Below, one piece after another: positions 26,901 to 40,129 of a stretch of 64,000 bases of DNA. Each line of letters begins with the position of its first letter. Position 1 is the first letter of the stretch. A model generated the notes under the pieces. The model was not told where the DNA came from. It worked only from the letters and a program-made list of their open reading frames with translations, and searched no databases. The stretch comes from Balanoglossus misakiensis (lineage: Eukaryota > Animalia > Hemichordata): the NCBI GenBank assembly GCA_040954595.2, contig CM082578.2, forward strand, positions 17,121,703-17,185,702, written 5' to 3'. The position numbers were made by a program, and so were the translations under genes.

Positions 26901-29900
26901 CACAGTGAACAATAACCTTGATGTAGTCGACACCATGTTGGCCAAAGTACATGCAGTGTGTTACCAAACCGCAATTTTGCCGGGATGGGGCAGATTCACC
27001 CGCTCGTTTGAGATTAGTTTTGTTGGTTTAGTTTATTTTGAAATGTACGATCATCTGCTCTCTAAATCGCCGGTTGCTATACCTCGCTTCATGAGCAAAG
27101 CATGTGAATGCACGTACATGTACATGTACTACCTCAGCACAATTTCTGGTTTTGTACAAAGCACAAAGTACATGTATTCAAAGTTCATGTACAGAGTGAC
27201 ATCAATGCAGCTGTGACTGGCAAATTAATCGGTCGTTGAGAATATTTCGGTTAGCAGAACGACATAGATTACATATCAGAACAAACTGAAGTAACCAAAA
27301 TAAGTAAGGGACTCTGTCCCTTTCAATGATATCGAAGCTACCATTGAACTTTAGTTTTCAAAGGATCGCGTTCCAAAGGACAAAAACGCGAGACAGAGCA
27401 TTGTCTTTTTTATCTTTGCTGAAAGATGTAGAAATCGGCGGCAATGAATGAAACGAGTGTCTGTTCCAGGGTGTTTCAACATCCCCAATGGAATCTCGTA
27501 AGGAATACCGCAGATGCTCTTGCTCCTGGTAGCAACACCGGCGGTTAACATGATTGTGTGACCGTTGCATGAAGAACGGATTCCTTGCTTCCTTGAATAT
27601 CTACGTTTGGTGATTACCAAACTTGTACCGTTTTCCGATCGGCTATAAAAAAAGCCCAGATCTCCGAACTCAAAACACTCCGCGCAACACGAATGAAGGA
27701 AGTACATGCGAGACAACAATATCGACATTAATCAATGTAAAACACTAATCCACACTACGCTGTCGTCAAGTAAAACACTACTGGTCCGGACGCTGCGCCG
27801 TTGCTATGCGAACTTATACCATTCCGGTACCAGTTCTCGTTCCTCTGCCCACGTGATGTTCACACGAATTAAACCCCACTAATGTACCCACTATACGAAT
27901 GTAAACATCAACCGATAACCAGGACTGACATAAATCTGCGTTAATTTCAAATTATATTAACATGAACATGATATGCGCCCCTTGCATGTAACCCCTGTCT
28001 CGTTTGTCACCCTGTGATTTCACGAGAATCTTAGCCACAATCACCGCGTTCGGTTCGGTTCGGACGGCAGGATTAGGGGGGTCGGTGTCACGACAGTGGC
28101 CGAAATTGCAGCCGTAGTGCCGACTCGTTCAGCGCGATATTTTGATCATTCAGTCAGTGACGAGTGTAAAGTAGGGATGTGACTTTCTTGAAGGTACTGG
28201 AACCTTGACACTATTGATAGAAACGATAACGGAAAATAAATGTATCCCATAAGTGATGGAAATGTGCAGTTTCAAGTTAATAGCTCTTTTCGGCCTAACG
28301 AACATGCATCTTTGCGACGTCGATATCTCAGCGAACATTTCCTCGTGGTCTACTTTTATGTAACGTCCAAGAAACCCGCAAACTTTCAAAATCTGTCAAG
28401 GGGAGTGCACAGTTTATGTGAGGCGCACCTCATGGGTTCGAAACGATTTGCGTCACGCAACATATTTTTGCGTCAAAACATTTGCAGGACGTAATCCGTG
28501 TCAGAATAAAGCAAATACGGAAAGACTTAGGCGATGTGTTATTAATCATGAAAATTGAGAAAATATTGCAGGTTCACGACACAGGTACTTGAGAAAATAG
28601 CTCCGTTGTTGGCTTCCTGAGCTCGTTGTCCGTGTAGCAGGAATTTCCTGCTGCAAGCACGTCTGCGTCATTGACCCGGTGTGAACTTTAGTGCAACGTC
28701 GCCAAAATCTGTTTGAAGACAATTTTTGTTTCGCCAATGTAACAGACCAGAGAATTTGTACGTTCCCTGTCTTTGGGAGTTCTGTTGGCCTTGACGAACA
28801 TTAGGCTCAAAACGCCCCGACCCAATTATTATAAAATAGCTATACAACAGCTAATTCTGGCCCTAGTGGTATGACTGTGAATTCAATCAACGTGTTTGGA
28901 TCATTATGTGGTCATCATAATTTTGTAGAGCTTATCAGAAGATTGATGTCAATCTGGCAGGTTTATTGTGTTTGACACACCCACGGTGTGGTGAAAATAC
29001 GGTGGAGACAATAGAAGGCTGTGCCACGGTCCAGTTGAAAGAGTTCATTTTACACAGTTTTCGTCGTTAACTTGGCACTCTTAATCCAACGTTGTTCAGG
29101 TGGAGAGCTATTCACATATTTGGTAAATGTTTCGGTACGTGTCGGCATTGATGCAAGTTATCAATTCCATTCACTGCACGGCTAGGATTTTTTTCCTACC
29201 TAAAAGTGGGGAAATCTTCGATGGTACAGTACTTATATACGTCAAATTAATAACAGTAAACAAAATTCGACGCCGCGATGCGAATACCAGCGATCGCCGG
29301 TTGTTGACGTCGCGAAATCAAATCGGTGTGTGTGGGCATCGTAAAATAAACAAATAAAACAATAATTTATGTAATAGTAAACACTTCACGTTTCACCCGA
29401 AGCGAAAACATTGCTTTACAGAACATGTCTGGAAAGAAATTATTGTCCCGCCATTTCGAGGCTAACGACAGTCGCGACTTGCCATTAACTCTCCCCGCCT
29501 ATGGCTTGTCTGGCTTTTATATGTTCTCGCTCACTTGTGCGAGAACCGAACAGTTGATATGAATTGTGAATTTGGCCTGTTTGGAGGGATCGCCGTGTGT
29601 TTGATACTGTTTTTACAAACTTGCAAATTGGCTCGGTTATCGCGTACGTAAGAAGAAATGTTCCGTTACAGTTCGGTTTAGGGCTCTTGCTTTGACACAT
29701 TACCCCACTGTCGTTTGGGCAAAGTACAGTCGTGCATAATTTTTCAGTGAACTTCTGGGTACGTACGTGCACATGCGTGGGCGACGGTTATCACGTCCAT
29801 TGTCTTGTCATGGTTACCCACCATGACTCGACGAAAAGAAAAGAATACCGGCAAGGTGTTATCGACCTTTTTTTGGTGAACTTGACCGGTTATCAGTGCC

Positions 29901-31162
29901 CCCACCCCGTCGTTCAAACCCAGATGGGAAATACAGACAGTGAACATATGCCAGATAAGTGCAGAGAGATGAAACGATAGTTATCGCTGGGGAGGGATGG
30001 CAACTTGAACTCTCATGACGTGTATCCTAAAGGTCAGCTTTTAAGACTATTCTCATGACGTGTGTAGTAAAGGTCGCATTTTAATCTTCAACTGTCTGCG
30101 AACAATCATGACCACGGTTACTACCACGGCAAATAAAAAAGACAGGTTCCTGCCTGTAAATTGATTTAATGTTGCCGCCCATAACTTTTCGATGCAACAG
30201 GCCAACAGAACGAATCTGGGTAGTCGTTCCTTCAAGATGACGCCCTTCTTGGTCACAAACAAAATACAAACGACGTAAGCAGGTTCGTACACCTTACAAG
30301 CAGTTTTTCTTATCGTCAAACGAATAATTACGAGCCACGGGATGCATTCATAGAATCCGACCCTACAGAAAGCATTTCAGAAACTTTTTGGCATGTGGTA
30401 AACCTCCAGAAAAAAACGAAAAATTAAATGTACACCACCACCTTTCAATAATTCCCTGGCATACTAACACTAGTCTTGTTCACTTCGAGAAAAAACCTCT
30501 GACATAGAGATACTTTACAAGTCATCAAACCACTCACGTTGGTATTAGGTTCTAACAATGTGTGAGCGGCCCATCCGTATTTGTTCGTTGGAACCAGAAA
30601 AGTACTGACGATATACATTGGTCATGATTGCAGATATACATTCTAACCGAATGGACGAAAACACTCAGTGAACGAATATGAGTGAAGGCTAATGATTGAC
30701 ACTATAATCAAACAACTTGGCATTTTAAAGAACCATGGTTTTCGAAGACGCTCCGATGTCGCTTAATAGTTTGTGAAAAACACTAGAAGACAAGTAAGAC
30801 ATCTCGAAGCATGTATGTTATACCAGTGGGGTTTGGTTAAGGCATGTTCTCGTCGAACGAAATAAACGCCGAGTAATTTTGTAACTTTACATGAAACACG
30901 TTCAAGTTTGTCGTGTATCAGCTTTTTCTTTTCCAAATTGTATTCAACATAATAAAACTCCGCGGGAAAGGCGTTCTTGTAAGCTCACCTTGATGTTGTC
31001 AATGAGAGCGTCGTCTTCGGGAACATCTTGGTGTATCCCGATGAGTGGGCCGATGTAGCCGTTGTTGTCAAGTCTGATCGGCGCACGGTCGTGCAGAGCC
31101 GCGCTTGGCCGATGGAGGACGGCGACAAGAATTGTAATGAAAAGACACCTGGCAAAATTCAT
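20922..31162 (-). CDS. CLCA: Calcium-activated chloride channel regulator (CLCA) family protein, paralog 2, ~973 aa, 11 coding exons
   Basis: Exons (GT-AG, sum 2922 nt): 31162-30989, 26710-26416, 25259-24976, 24754-24509, 24232-24008, 23840-23544, 23402-23160, 22982-22706, 22557-22381, 21984-21751, 21391-20922. Signal peptide; HEWGHLRWGLFDEY; MIDAS DISGSM; LLDNGGGADILKNDGVYSAYF; LQWTATGDDFDQG; C-terminal TM helix. Intron positions and phases match paralog 1. Confidence 0.95.
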
Positions 31163-34100
31163 ATTGTGCCTGTTGCAACACTTCTCCTGGTCTCTGTCAA
31201 CAAACTCAAAGTTTTAAAGACTCCCGTGCCCGGCAACTTGTGTTATATCGCATCAAACTTGTCGCCATAACAACACCACACGATAAACAATGCAGCCGTC
31301 CAATCTATCTCGACAATCTCAGGTGCATGCTAATGAGCTGTTTCGCCACCCAGCCGGCGTCACCGCGAAGGAATTCGTGATTGGCATGGACAGTTTCATC
31401 GAAAAGGCGCAGTGGAGAAGAGAAGACGAGAACGTCACAAAATCAGAGAAAAGAGAAAAGCGAGTGCAAAAAGGGGCCAAAATGATATTCGCCATTTAGC
31501 CTTATACTCATTGCAGCCACCGACATTTATATTTGAATACATCAAGGCAATTCGAACGTCCTTGTGTATAAACAAGAGTTACAGAGAAAAGAAACTACAG
31601 TTTTGTATCATTTCGACAAATTCTTATTCAACTTGTTTGCAATTTAAATGCTGTGTTGATTTCCGTCTATCCCGTCTAACCTCGGGTGGTCAGTGTTGAA
31701 TTTGTTCAGTGGGAATTTACGATATTTTAACGAGTAATTGATGGCGCACACCCCTGATGGTCGTGATTAAATCACCTCATTGTAATTCGCTGACAACTTA
31801 ATATATGCCGGTGATGCATGACCGGTAGACTTATGAATGCTTGCATTGTTTTCTCGCCAGCTGACGTAACTACGTGTTGTAGCCCAACTCTGGAATGTGA
31901 TGCCCCCGACTGACCTAGCTCCGACCAAGGATCACGAATTTTGGGGTTTCTAGTGTCGACCGATTGCGTTCACCTTTTTTTTAAGTATGTCATCTGAAAT
32001 ACCGGTGAGATCTCGTCTCAAGAGGTGTAAAGAAGGATTCAGTCTTGTTTATACAGTTGTATGTGGATCCAGTTCGACATAACTATAGTGCTCTGAGACC
32101 CTCAGACTTTAAACAACTTTAAGGCTTTGCTCTCAGTATCCCACTTGAGCCTCTGTCAGAGTTTATTGCCTAACCTCTGTCGAAGCTTGGCTTAATCAAC
32201 TCTTGGCGTGAGATCCAACGTGGCTTATTTGTAGGTCTGAAATCCTAGCAACTTCCATCATGATTGTGTCCGTATCTGAAACAGCACAGAATCACAACTA
32301 CCATAATATTGGAGAATAATCAAGCTCTAAATCTTCCATTTGAGTGTACACGTACACTGACATATTTCGGTAGGCCCAGGTTCTTAGTTCGAAAAGATTT
32401 CTTACTCAAGTACTTCGCGGGAAAAATTATACTGTTCTAAGTGAATTACCTCTTTCAAAGATTTTCTTGGGCTACGGTCGTTAAAAATAAAATATGTCTA
32501 TCAAATGTTACTGCCTGTGAAAACTGCATCGGTTTTAACACCCGCTCATTTATCTGGGGTTTTGCACAATTCAAATGTTGTGTAGTCATCCACGGTAAAT
32601 GCGTTGACGCCATGACGATATTTGGTATCGACGGTTACACATTTTCTTCAAGGCTTAATATTATGTGTACAAAGTCTGAGACAGCCACGATGATTATGTG
32701 AAACGAATTTGGACGACAAACGTATGAATAAAGTATCATCTTTTTATTTTCATTTTATATACATGGTCTTTTTTCAATTGAACATACCAAGTGATCTTAG
32801 TAGCCGGTGAAATATTACTCCATTCTTTGAAGAAACCGTGGGAAATTCTAACTAGGATTGACGGGGCAGGTGATACACTGATGATTAAAGACAATTTTCT
32901 GTCAAATATTGCGTATTTACACAAAGATACAGTCGCGTAAATCCCCTTGGATTTTTGGGACATGTTGATCCAGTAAACACGAGTAAACAGAACTAAGTTG
33001 ACTTGCATACCGTAACCGTGAAATAATAAAATTTATGAAATCAGCCTTGCATTGTAACTTGCTCACCTCTATTACCACTGGACAACGACATAAAAATAGT
33101 TAGTTTGTTTTAGCGCCATCGGGATTAGTTTCGGTGCTATGCAACCGTGTTAACATTTCTCTCATCTTCTCTACCAATCATTCTGTTTTGATGGCGTGTC
33201 AAAATCCCTTCCTGGACTAAGTAGGGCAAAATCTTGTGGTTATATGAATGGTGTTGAACAACTGTAGGGGGGGGGGGGTCGACGAAGTCTTGGCTCAGTC
33301 CTGCTATTGTACCGATGAAGCGTTACCTGTTTGGGTTCACCTTTGGAAATCAAAGAAGTCGAATGTAGCATAACAGACCGAGAGTGACTTGCTTATTCAC
33401 CAAAAACGGATAAACTTTACCTATAACCTCGACAAATGTGTATAGCGAATGCACGGATATAAAACGTCTACCTTTTACGACTTTCTATTATTCTCTATAG
33501 GGCAAGGTTGTACAACGCTGCAGCCGTTCAGATCCAGTGGCTCACACTTCAGGGACGACCTATTTACCCGATTCTGGACCAAAAGGAGCTAAGAAATAAA
33601 ACCCTGCAATAAAACAAGTCTACACGCCCCTAGAACTTTGTCTAAGGAGTTCCACTTACTTCGAAATCGTTGCCGCCATTTTTCTTGATAGTTTTGGTGC
33701 TCAGCACTGAAACATGCAGTGGCTTACAAGAAACACCAGGACATGCCGTACATAACTGAGGTGCTACGAGCTCAGGTCGGAATCTTGAACTACTGAATGA
33801 CTTATCAAGTTAGCCAGACCTACGGGCACCAGGAAATCGATAAATACACTGACATTTTGATGTCGTTGTTTTTGACTCAGGACTCGACGGGACAATCACT
33901 TTATTGTTCTAGAAAGGGTACTTCTCCGGTACATGTACAAAACTTTAACACCTCAAAATATTCAACTTTGCCTTTGCCATCACAAGGCGTGTATAAATTG
34001 TTTTCCATTTCTTTACCATATTCTCCTGAAAACTGAACCAGAACCCAAAGGTAAAGCACATATGTAAAAATCAACCAGACTGAACTTCCCTTCAAGTCTG

Positions 34101-37100
34101 CTATCGCAGTCACAGTGGCCACCTTGTCTGGACGCGTTCGCTTGAAGATCTCATAAAAGGGATGGGAGACAGTGGTTGCCTTTTTAGGGTTGAAATTTCC
34201 TTATAACCCACACAAAATACGAATTTTACGCATTGTAAGCGTAAGCGCAAATAGTTTGCATTTATGAAATGCTAGAGTAAATAATTTGTGTTGATAAAAG
34301 TACTTTTTCTGAATTTTGAACAAACCATCCACCCGAAGGCCACAAACTACCTTGATTTCCCTATGACCTGGACGCCATCGTTAAGTTGCATGTAACGGCT
34401 TTCAGAACCGCTTTGTCATGACAAGAGCTGGCAAAATTGTATCTATGAATGTATTTTTTGAATCACGCCCATATTGCGATTATTTTTAACCCTGATTTCA
34501 ACAGTATTTGGATGATTGTGTACGTTGCGTGTCATTGGATAATCAGACGAGATCATCATACGCACTGTCAGATATTCCGCCGATCGATAAAGAAGATACG
34601 TTAATCACTACTACTGGTTAAAAGTTCACGTGGTAATGCCGCCCGACCACGGCATGCGACGGAAGCCCTTCGTGCGTATGCCGTCAGCGCCGCGGTGGGT
34701 ACACCTGCATGCCGCTGCTCAGTTTGGTCGGCCGGCAAGAACGACTTACTGCCCGAACGGACGAGTTTATCTACCGGAGTGTGTGTTCTGGTATCAACAA
34801 GGACTCCTCGGACATTCAAGTGCTCGGGCATGGGCAAATAAAAGAAACAATAAATGTGACTGGTATTGCACTTGAAGCTGCGAGGACCGTGAGTTTTACA
34901 AGCCGATGGTTGTTGAGTCTGTTGCTTGGATGCCGTCAGGTGGCCCGTTTAATTTTTATCGCCGAAACATTTCTTTCTAAACGCCATTGTCGCCCCAGGT
35001 GTACGATTCGAGTTGTAAATTCCTTGAAATCTTATTTTGCGTGTCAGGTGCAGACTGTATGGATTTTATCATTCAGATCAAATGTGTGTAAGTTTGCCTG
35101 TAGTATTACCGATCGATAGATAAAGTCGACTCATATGTTTGCTGCCAGATGCTTTTTACCAGCAACAACTCTGTAAGCACGCCTGTGGTGTTTCTCTCTA
35201 TCACTACTGCACTCATAGCTACTTGAGAGTCCGTCTGTCTGTCTATGTGGCTATCAGGTCTGTCTGCCTGTTTGTCTAACAGTCTGTCCATCATTTTGGG
35301 CTACCTATATGCAACACGTTATTGTCTTGACGTCTTTTATTTTGCCGTTAGTGTTTAAAATTGGCCACGATTAACCGGCTTTGGTTAAATGAGTGTGCAA
35401 GCGAACATGTCCTCGTTTACTTTACCACTGAATTCTGGAGAAGTTACAATAAAGTCTTCCAAACGGTATTCTGTTTTAACAGTGCCCGCACTCACCCCAT
35501 ATACATGTACAGCATAAAGAGCTATCAACCTGGTGTTTTTATACAGTGGCAACTTCCAATCAACAAGATAACAGCAGCCTTCAGCTGATTGCTGATGGCT
35601 GGATTTGTTCAAATGGTCTCTCAGTAAGCGTAGCGAATGTGTAAACACGATTGCGGTTGCCATTTGCGGCCAAACATGATCTTTACTCAGATTGTACACC
35701 GTATAGGTTCCATCCTGGGAGTATCTCTTCTTCAGTGTGTACACATGGGACAAAGGCGCGGGGTTCAGGGTTATCGGTTGGCGTCGACGAATACAAAGTC
35801 AACTGGTGCCAGAGCAACGCAACTGGGCTTTGTTACTGGACAGGTGGGCGTGACAGGTGTCCGTGCGTATAGATGCAAGACACACGCAAGGACATCATGT
35901 GGAATGAAGTCAGTTAGAAGCCAAAACATCACATCCTTGAGCAGAATCCGTTGAACAGGTTGGTTTAGCAGGATTTCTGGCAGGGTTCATTGTTTGGAAA
36001 CTATGCAAATTTTCTACTAAATTTTGGAGATAAAAATAGCTTGACCCTCATTGAGGGAAGTCTGATCTTTTGGAAGACATTTTTGACACGAACTTATGTT
36101 GTTGATTTTTACACCTCTCCGAATGAATTCTAGGTTTTCAAATCCCGATGTCCCGTATTGTCAACTTCGTCATCTTCCTTGGGAGTTTTTTTTTTTTTGG
36201 AAATGGAGGTTGCATGTTTATTCATGATATGGCCACCTATCGTTGAGCTGTAACGGCTAATTTCGTATACACTAGTGATCACCTGAAAGTTGACCAAAAT
36301 CTTTGAACTGCGCCCTCAATCAATGGAAAGTGACTTCTGAAACTGTCTTTAGCATGTTCAGTAACTTGCTGTTGAGTTACAGGTACAGGTGGTGATATTG
36401 CACCTGTGGTCACACAGAGCACAAACGACAGAATCTTTGAAGCGGTAATTGAGGTCACACTTTTGATAGTTTGCCAAGAGAAGATTTGTATTCGTAGTAT
36501 GGTTGTTCTGATCTCGATTATTGAAATCTTATATGATTTTTTATTTGAAATAATTTGTAACAACGTTGGTATATCACTTCAGTGTCATTTCTAAAAGTTT
36601 TTAGAGTATGATAATCAATAACTGGCTTCGGTTTCTTGCAGTGGCCGCTTCGACATGAATGTATCTCGCACTATGCGTTAACAAAAGACTACTTTAATGA
36701 CCTATTTACATACGTTTACTGGCATTTTGTTGTTCGCTATTTTCGGGTTCATACCCTGTCAACCATATTAATGAACGTCAATGCACTCTTACTAATTCTA
36801 GAACAAAAATTTGAATTCTATCTGTCACAAAAAGGTAAAAGGTTTAATAACTTTTGATACCATGCCAATGAAAGGACCAGGATGTAAGGTCATTCAGAGG
36901 TTAACACAGTGGCCAAACATTGTCATTCAAATTTTGCTACCAGGAAACACCGAGAAAAATAAAGTCGTTTACTTTCAAAATTTGACTGTGGAAAGTGGGG
37001 GTTCAATCGGCATTTGACTTGAGACGAGTATCAACCATTTGGTAAGTGCCGCTTGTCTACCCTAGAAACGTACATGCAAATGCATAGAAACATGATGACA

Positions 37101-37210
37101 GAAGTTTCAGCTACCTTCTTGCATAATGCCTAATTGTATAATTATACCTTCATTTTCACTATTATTTCTCATTAGATAACGTTACAAGAAATCCTTTGCG
37201 GACTAATATC

Positions 37211-39535
37211 ATGGAGAGATATACGTTGGTAGCTGTTGTGATGTTCCTATTCCTTATGGCGGTTTGCAGAATGGACAGCTGTCCAAGCGGGTGTTATTGC
37301 GATACGCGCTCTTTTGGAATGTTCGTTGATTGCAACTCCATAACCACAGTACCAGCGGGTATTCCAGAGGATGTTGTGCGTCTATACCTAGATCACAACC
37401 AAATCTCATCGATTCCATCTCGAGTTTTCATTGCGTTGTCCCAGCTTAAATATCTGTACTTGTTCAACAACGCAATTTCCTTCATTTCGTCAGAAGCATT
37501 CCGCGGACTGAGCAGTCTTGAGAAACTATATCTCCAGTACAATAACATTACAACATTACCAACTGGTGTCTTTAGTGACTTGATGAATCTACAACATTTA
37601 TATCTACATGGCAACAAGTTATCGCTACTGCCTGTAGATATCTTCAATCCGTTCAATGGTTTAAAGTATTTACGACTAGGGGAAAATATGATGACAGATG
37701 TGCCAGCGTGGTATAACTTGGACAGTTTGGTTCAGTTATATTTGGACAACAACCAAATATCTAACATCGATGGATGGTTTTATAATTTACCTGAGCTTAC
37801 ATCGTTATATTTGTATGGTAATTGTATCACTGCTCTGCGCGATGGGGTGTTCGGTAGATTAAAGAAGTTGACGACCCTTTATCTACAGGAGAATTGCGTA
37901 GAAACTATCTCCACGTTTGCATTTCGAGGATTGACCAATCTAAGAAGTCTATATCTTGGAAACAACAGTTTAACAACGATACCAGAGTCTGCATTCGATG
38001 ATCTTGTCAACCTCACTCGTTTGGAACTTCAATTCAATGCCCTAGTGTCACTGTCACCTGTTCAGTTCGATCGTCTGTCTCAGTTACAAACGCTGTATCT
38101 TAATCACAACAACCTACGACAACCTCCCAACGTTGCTCCTCTGGGTCAGCTCCAGCAATTGCATCTTTCACACAACAACATTAATGATGATGATGTGACA
38201 AGCATCCGCTTTAGTACTGGTGTAGAAATCAAGACATTGGATCTCGGTTTCAATAATCTCAGTAGGATTCCAGCTTTTGAATCTGTGATAATGATGAAAC
38301 CTGATAATTATTGCTTTATAACATTCAGTGGCAACTCAATACGTGAAATCGGTCCGGACGCTTTCACCTGGATAAATGTAACACTTGAACGAGGATACTT
38401 TATCTATGTGTATCTTTCAGACATGGCTATCCAGTACATTGACGATAACGCTTTCAGAGCATTACGTCCATTCTTTGTCGTTTCACTTTTCCTTGAGAGA
38501 AATCAGCTATCTTCGATACAAGAATCGTTTATTTCTGAAATAAACTTTGGAGATGGTGACTATACCGCTGTACATTTATACCTGGCTGGCAATCCATGGG
38601 CATGTGACTGTCGCCTCAAAGGACTGCGAAAATGGATTAATGACCTGGAAGACCCGTATTATTTTTATGCTGACGGGTTCATTTGCCGATCACCAGCGCA
38701 ACATGCTAATACCGATTTCATTGACATACCACACGAAAATATGACGTGCAGTTCTCCTGAATTTCTTACACCCATAACAACGTGGGTTGATGTAGAAGAA
38801 GGTGGGACGATAGAACTTGAATGTAACGCAACTGGGATACCTGAACCAAGTGTGTATTGGATAACACCAAGAGGAGAAAGACTCGACACGAATAGCGATG
38901 ACGGCATGACAGGGGCACATGAAATTCCGATACACACTACTAGCCAAGGTAGTCTTGTGATATCGTCAGCTCAGGTGAAACATTTTGGAACATATACATG
39001 TGTAGCAACTAATGTACAGGGCAGTGCTGCGGCTGTGACACATTTACGCGTTGGAACAACTCCAACTTTGTCGACTGCCCTCAGCTCCGAGGATTCTATT
39101 CCCAAAATTTCTTCCGGTATCCAAGAGGTATCCGCAGGAACAATAACCGGGACGTTCTTTGGCGGCACCGTGTGCGGCGTGGCTTTGATGTTTACACTCC
39201 TGATCATAATCCTGAAAAGGAAACGCGGAAGTGGCGACCGACAAAACACTGACCAATCAAAACAGAAGATCCGATTCAGTGACTTGAAAGTTCTCTTTAC
39301 AGGGAAAGACGGTGCTGCAGAAAAACGAGAAAACAGCACCGATATTACTGAGACCACCGGTGATGTTGAAGGTGCACGGATCGGGCGTGTTCAGCTGTCA
39401 GACGAATCTAGCGCTATCACAGCCGCAGAAGAACACTATGAAAATACGGCAGCAATCGAAATTGATGATTCGACGTACACAGACCTGAACCCCACCACTG
39501 AAGAAAATACGTACGAAAAATTGAGTAAAAAATAG
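37211..39535 (+). CDS. LRR-Ig type I membrane receptor with cytoplasmic Tyr motifs (LRR gene 1), ~774 aa, single coding exon
   Basis: ATG at 37211 (MERYTLV..., signal peptide) follows a likely acceptor at 37174-37175. LRRNT CPSGCYC; ~24-aa LxxLxLxxNxL repeats; LRRCT NPWACDC; Ig domain (LECNATGIPEPSVYW...GTYTCVATN); TM helix followed by KRKR; tail with YENT, YTDL and YEKL. Confidence 0.93.
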   Translation: MERYTLVAVVMFLFLMAVCRMDSCPSGCYCDTRSFGMFVDCNSITTVPAGIPEDVVRLYLDHNQISSIPSRVFIALSQLKYLYLFNNAISFISSEAFRGLSSLEKLYLQYNNITTLPTGVFSDLMNLQHLYLHGNKLSLLPVDIFNPFNGLKYLRLGENMMTDVPAWYNLDSLVQLYLDNNQISNIDGWFYNLPELTSLYLYGNCITALRDGVFGRLKKLTTLYLQENCVETISTFAFRGLTNLRSLYLGNNSLTTIPESAFDDLVNLTRLELQFNALVSLSPVQFDRLSQLQTLYLNHNNLRQPPNVAPLGQLQQLHLSHNNINDDDVTSIRFSTGVEIKTLDLGFNNLSRIPAFESVIMMKPDNYCFITFSGNSIREIGPDAFTWINVTLERGYFIYVYLSDMAIQYIDDNAFRALRPFFVVSLFLERNQLSSIQESFISEINFGDGDYTAVHLYLAGNPWACDCRLKGLRKWINDLEDPYYFYADGFICRSPAQHANTDFIDIPHENMTCSSPEFLTPITTWVDVEEGGTIELECNATGIPEPSVYWITPRGERLDTNSDDGMTGAHEIPIHTTSQGSLVISSAQVKHFGTYTCVATNVQGSAAAVTHLRVGTTPTLSTALSSEDSIPKISSGIQEVSAGTITGTFFGGTVCGVALMFTLLIIILKRKRGSGDRQNTDQSKQKIRFSDLKVLFTGKDGAAEKRENSTDITETTGDVEGARIGRVQLSDESSAITAAEEHYENTAAIEIDDSTYTDLNPTTEENTYEKLSKK

Positions 39536-40035
39536 AGTACAAATAAATACATCTCAAACTTACGGTTTACTTTGGATGATATGGAAGGGTTGGCGTAATG
39601 GATTTGCGAGTGGACAGCCACCGTCACTGAGCACGTGATATCTGTAACCAACAGCAACTATTAATGCAAGAACGCGTGCAGAGGCTGTACTTCGGCAGAC
39701 CATTCACTGCTCCGCATCAAATCCCTTGGTTTGGAATTACTGTCATTATCGGCGGTAGCACTTGAATTGTAGTACAATTCCTAACAATAATATCGAAAGC
39801 CTTTCTTTCTTTTTGACTGTCAGTAATTTTCCGGTTAAAATGTGACTATGTTTAGCTCTAAGTACAAGGCATACATGTATATAAAAAAACACAGCTATAA
39901 TTTGGAATCTAACTAGTACAAGAAAGGGAACGTGGATAATTAGGATCATGTGTTCGTTTTCTCGACACTATTTTTATGTAGATCTTGAAGTATTAAATGT
40001 ACTTTGTGTTTGTGTAAATAAATACCAATGCATTG

Positions 40036-40128
<93 letters not shown>
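40036..40128. repeat. (GAT)n microsatellite, ~30 units
   Basis: Direct reading; it is the source of the spurious poly-M, poly-H and poly-S ORFs. Confidence 0.97.

Positions 40129-40129
<1 letters not shown>

Noticed and set aside
30011-30086. Two-copy ~40-bp tandem duplication in CLCA intron 1
   Set aside because: Ordinary local duplication with no further structure.
35385-35954. Cluster of ~100-aa ORFs with a vaguely NHL-like peptide on the minus strand
   Set aside because: No convincing motif or exon structure; cannot be distinguished from chance.
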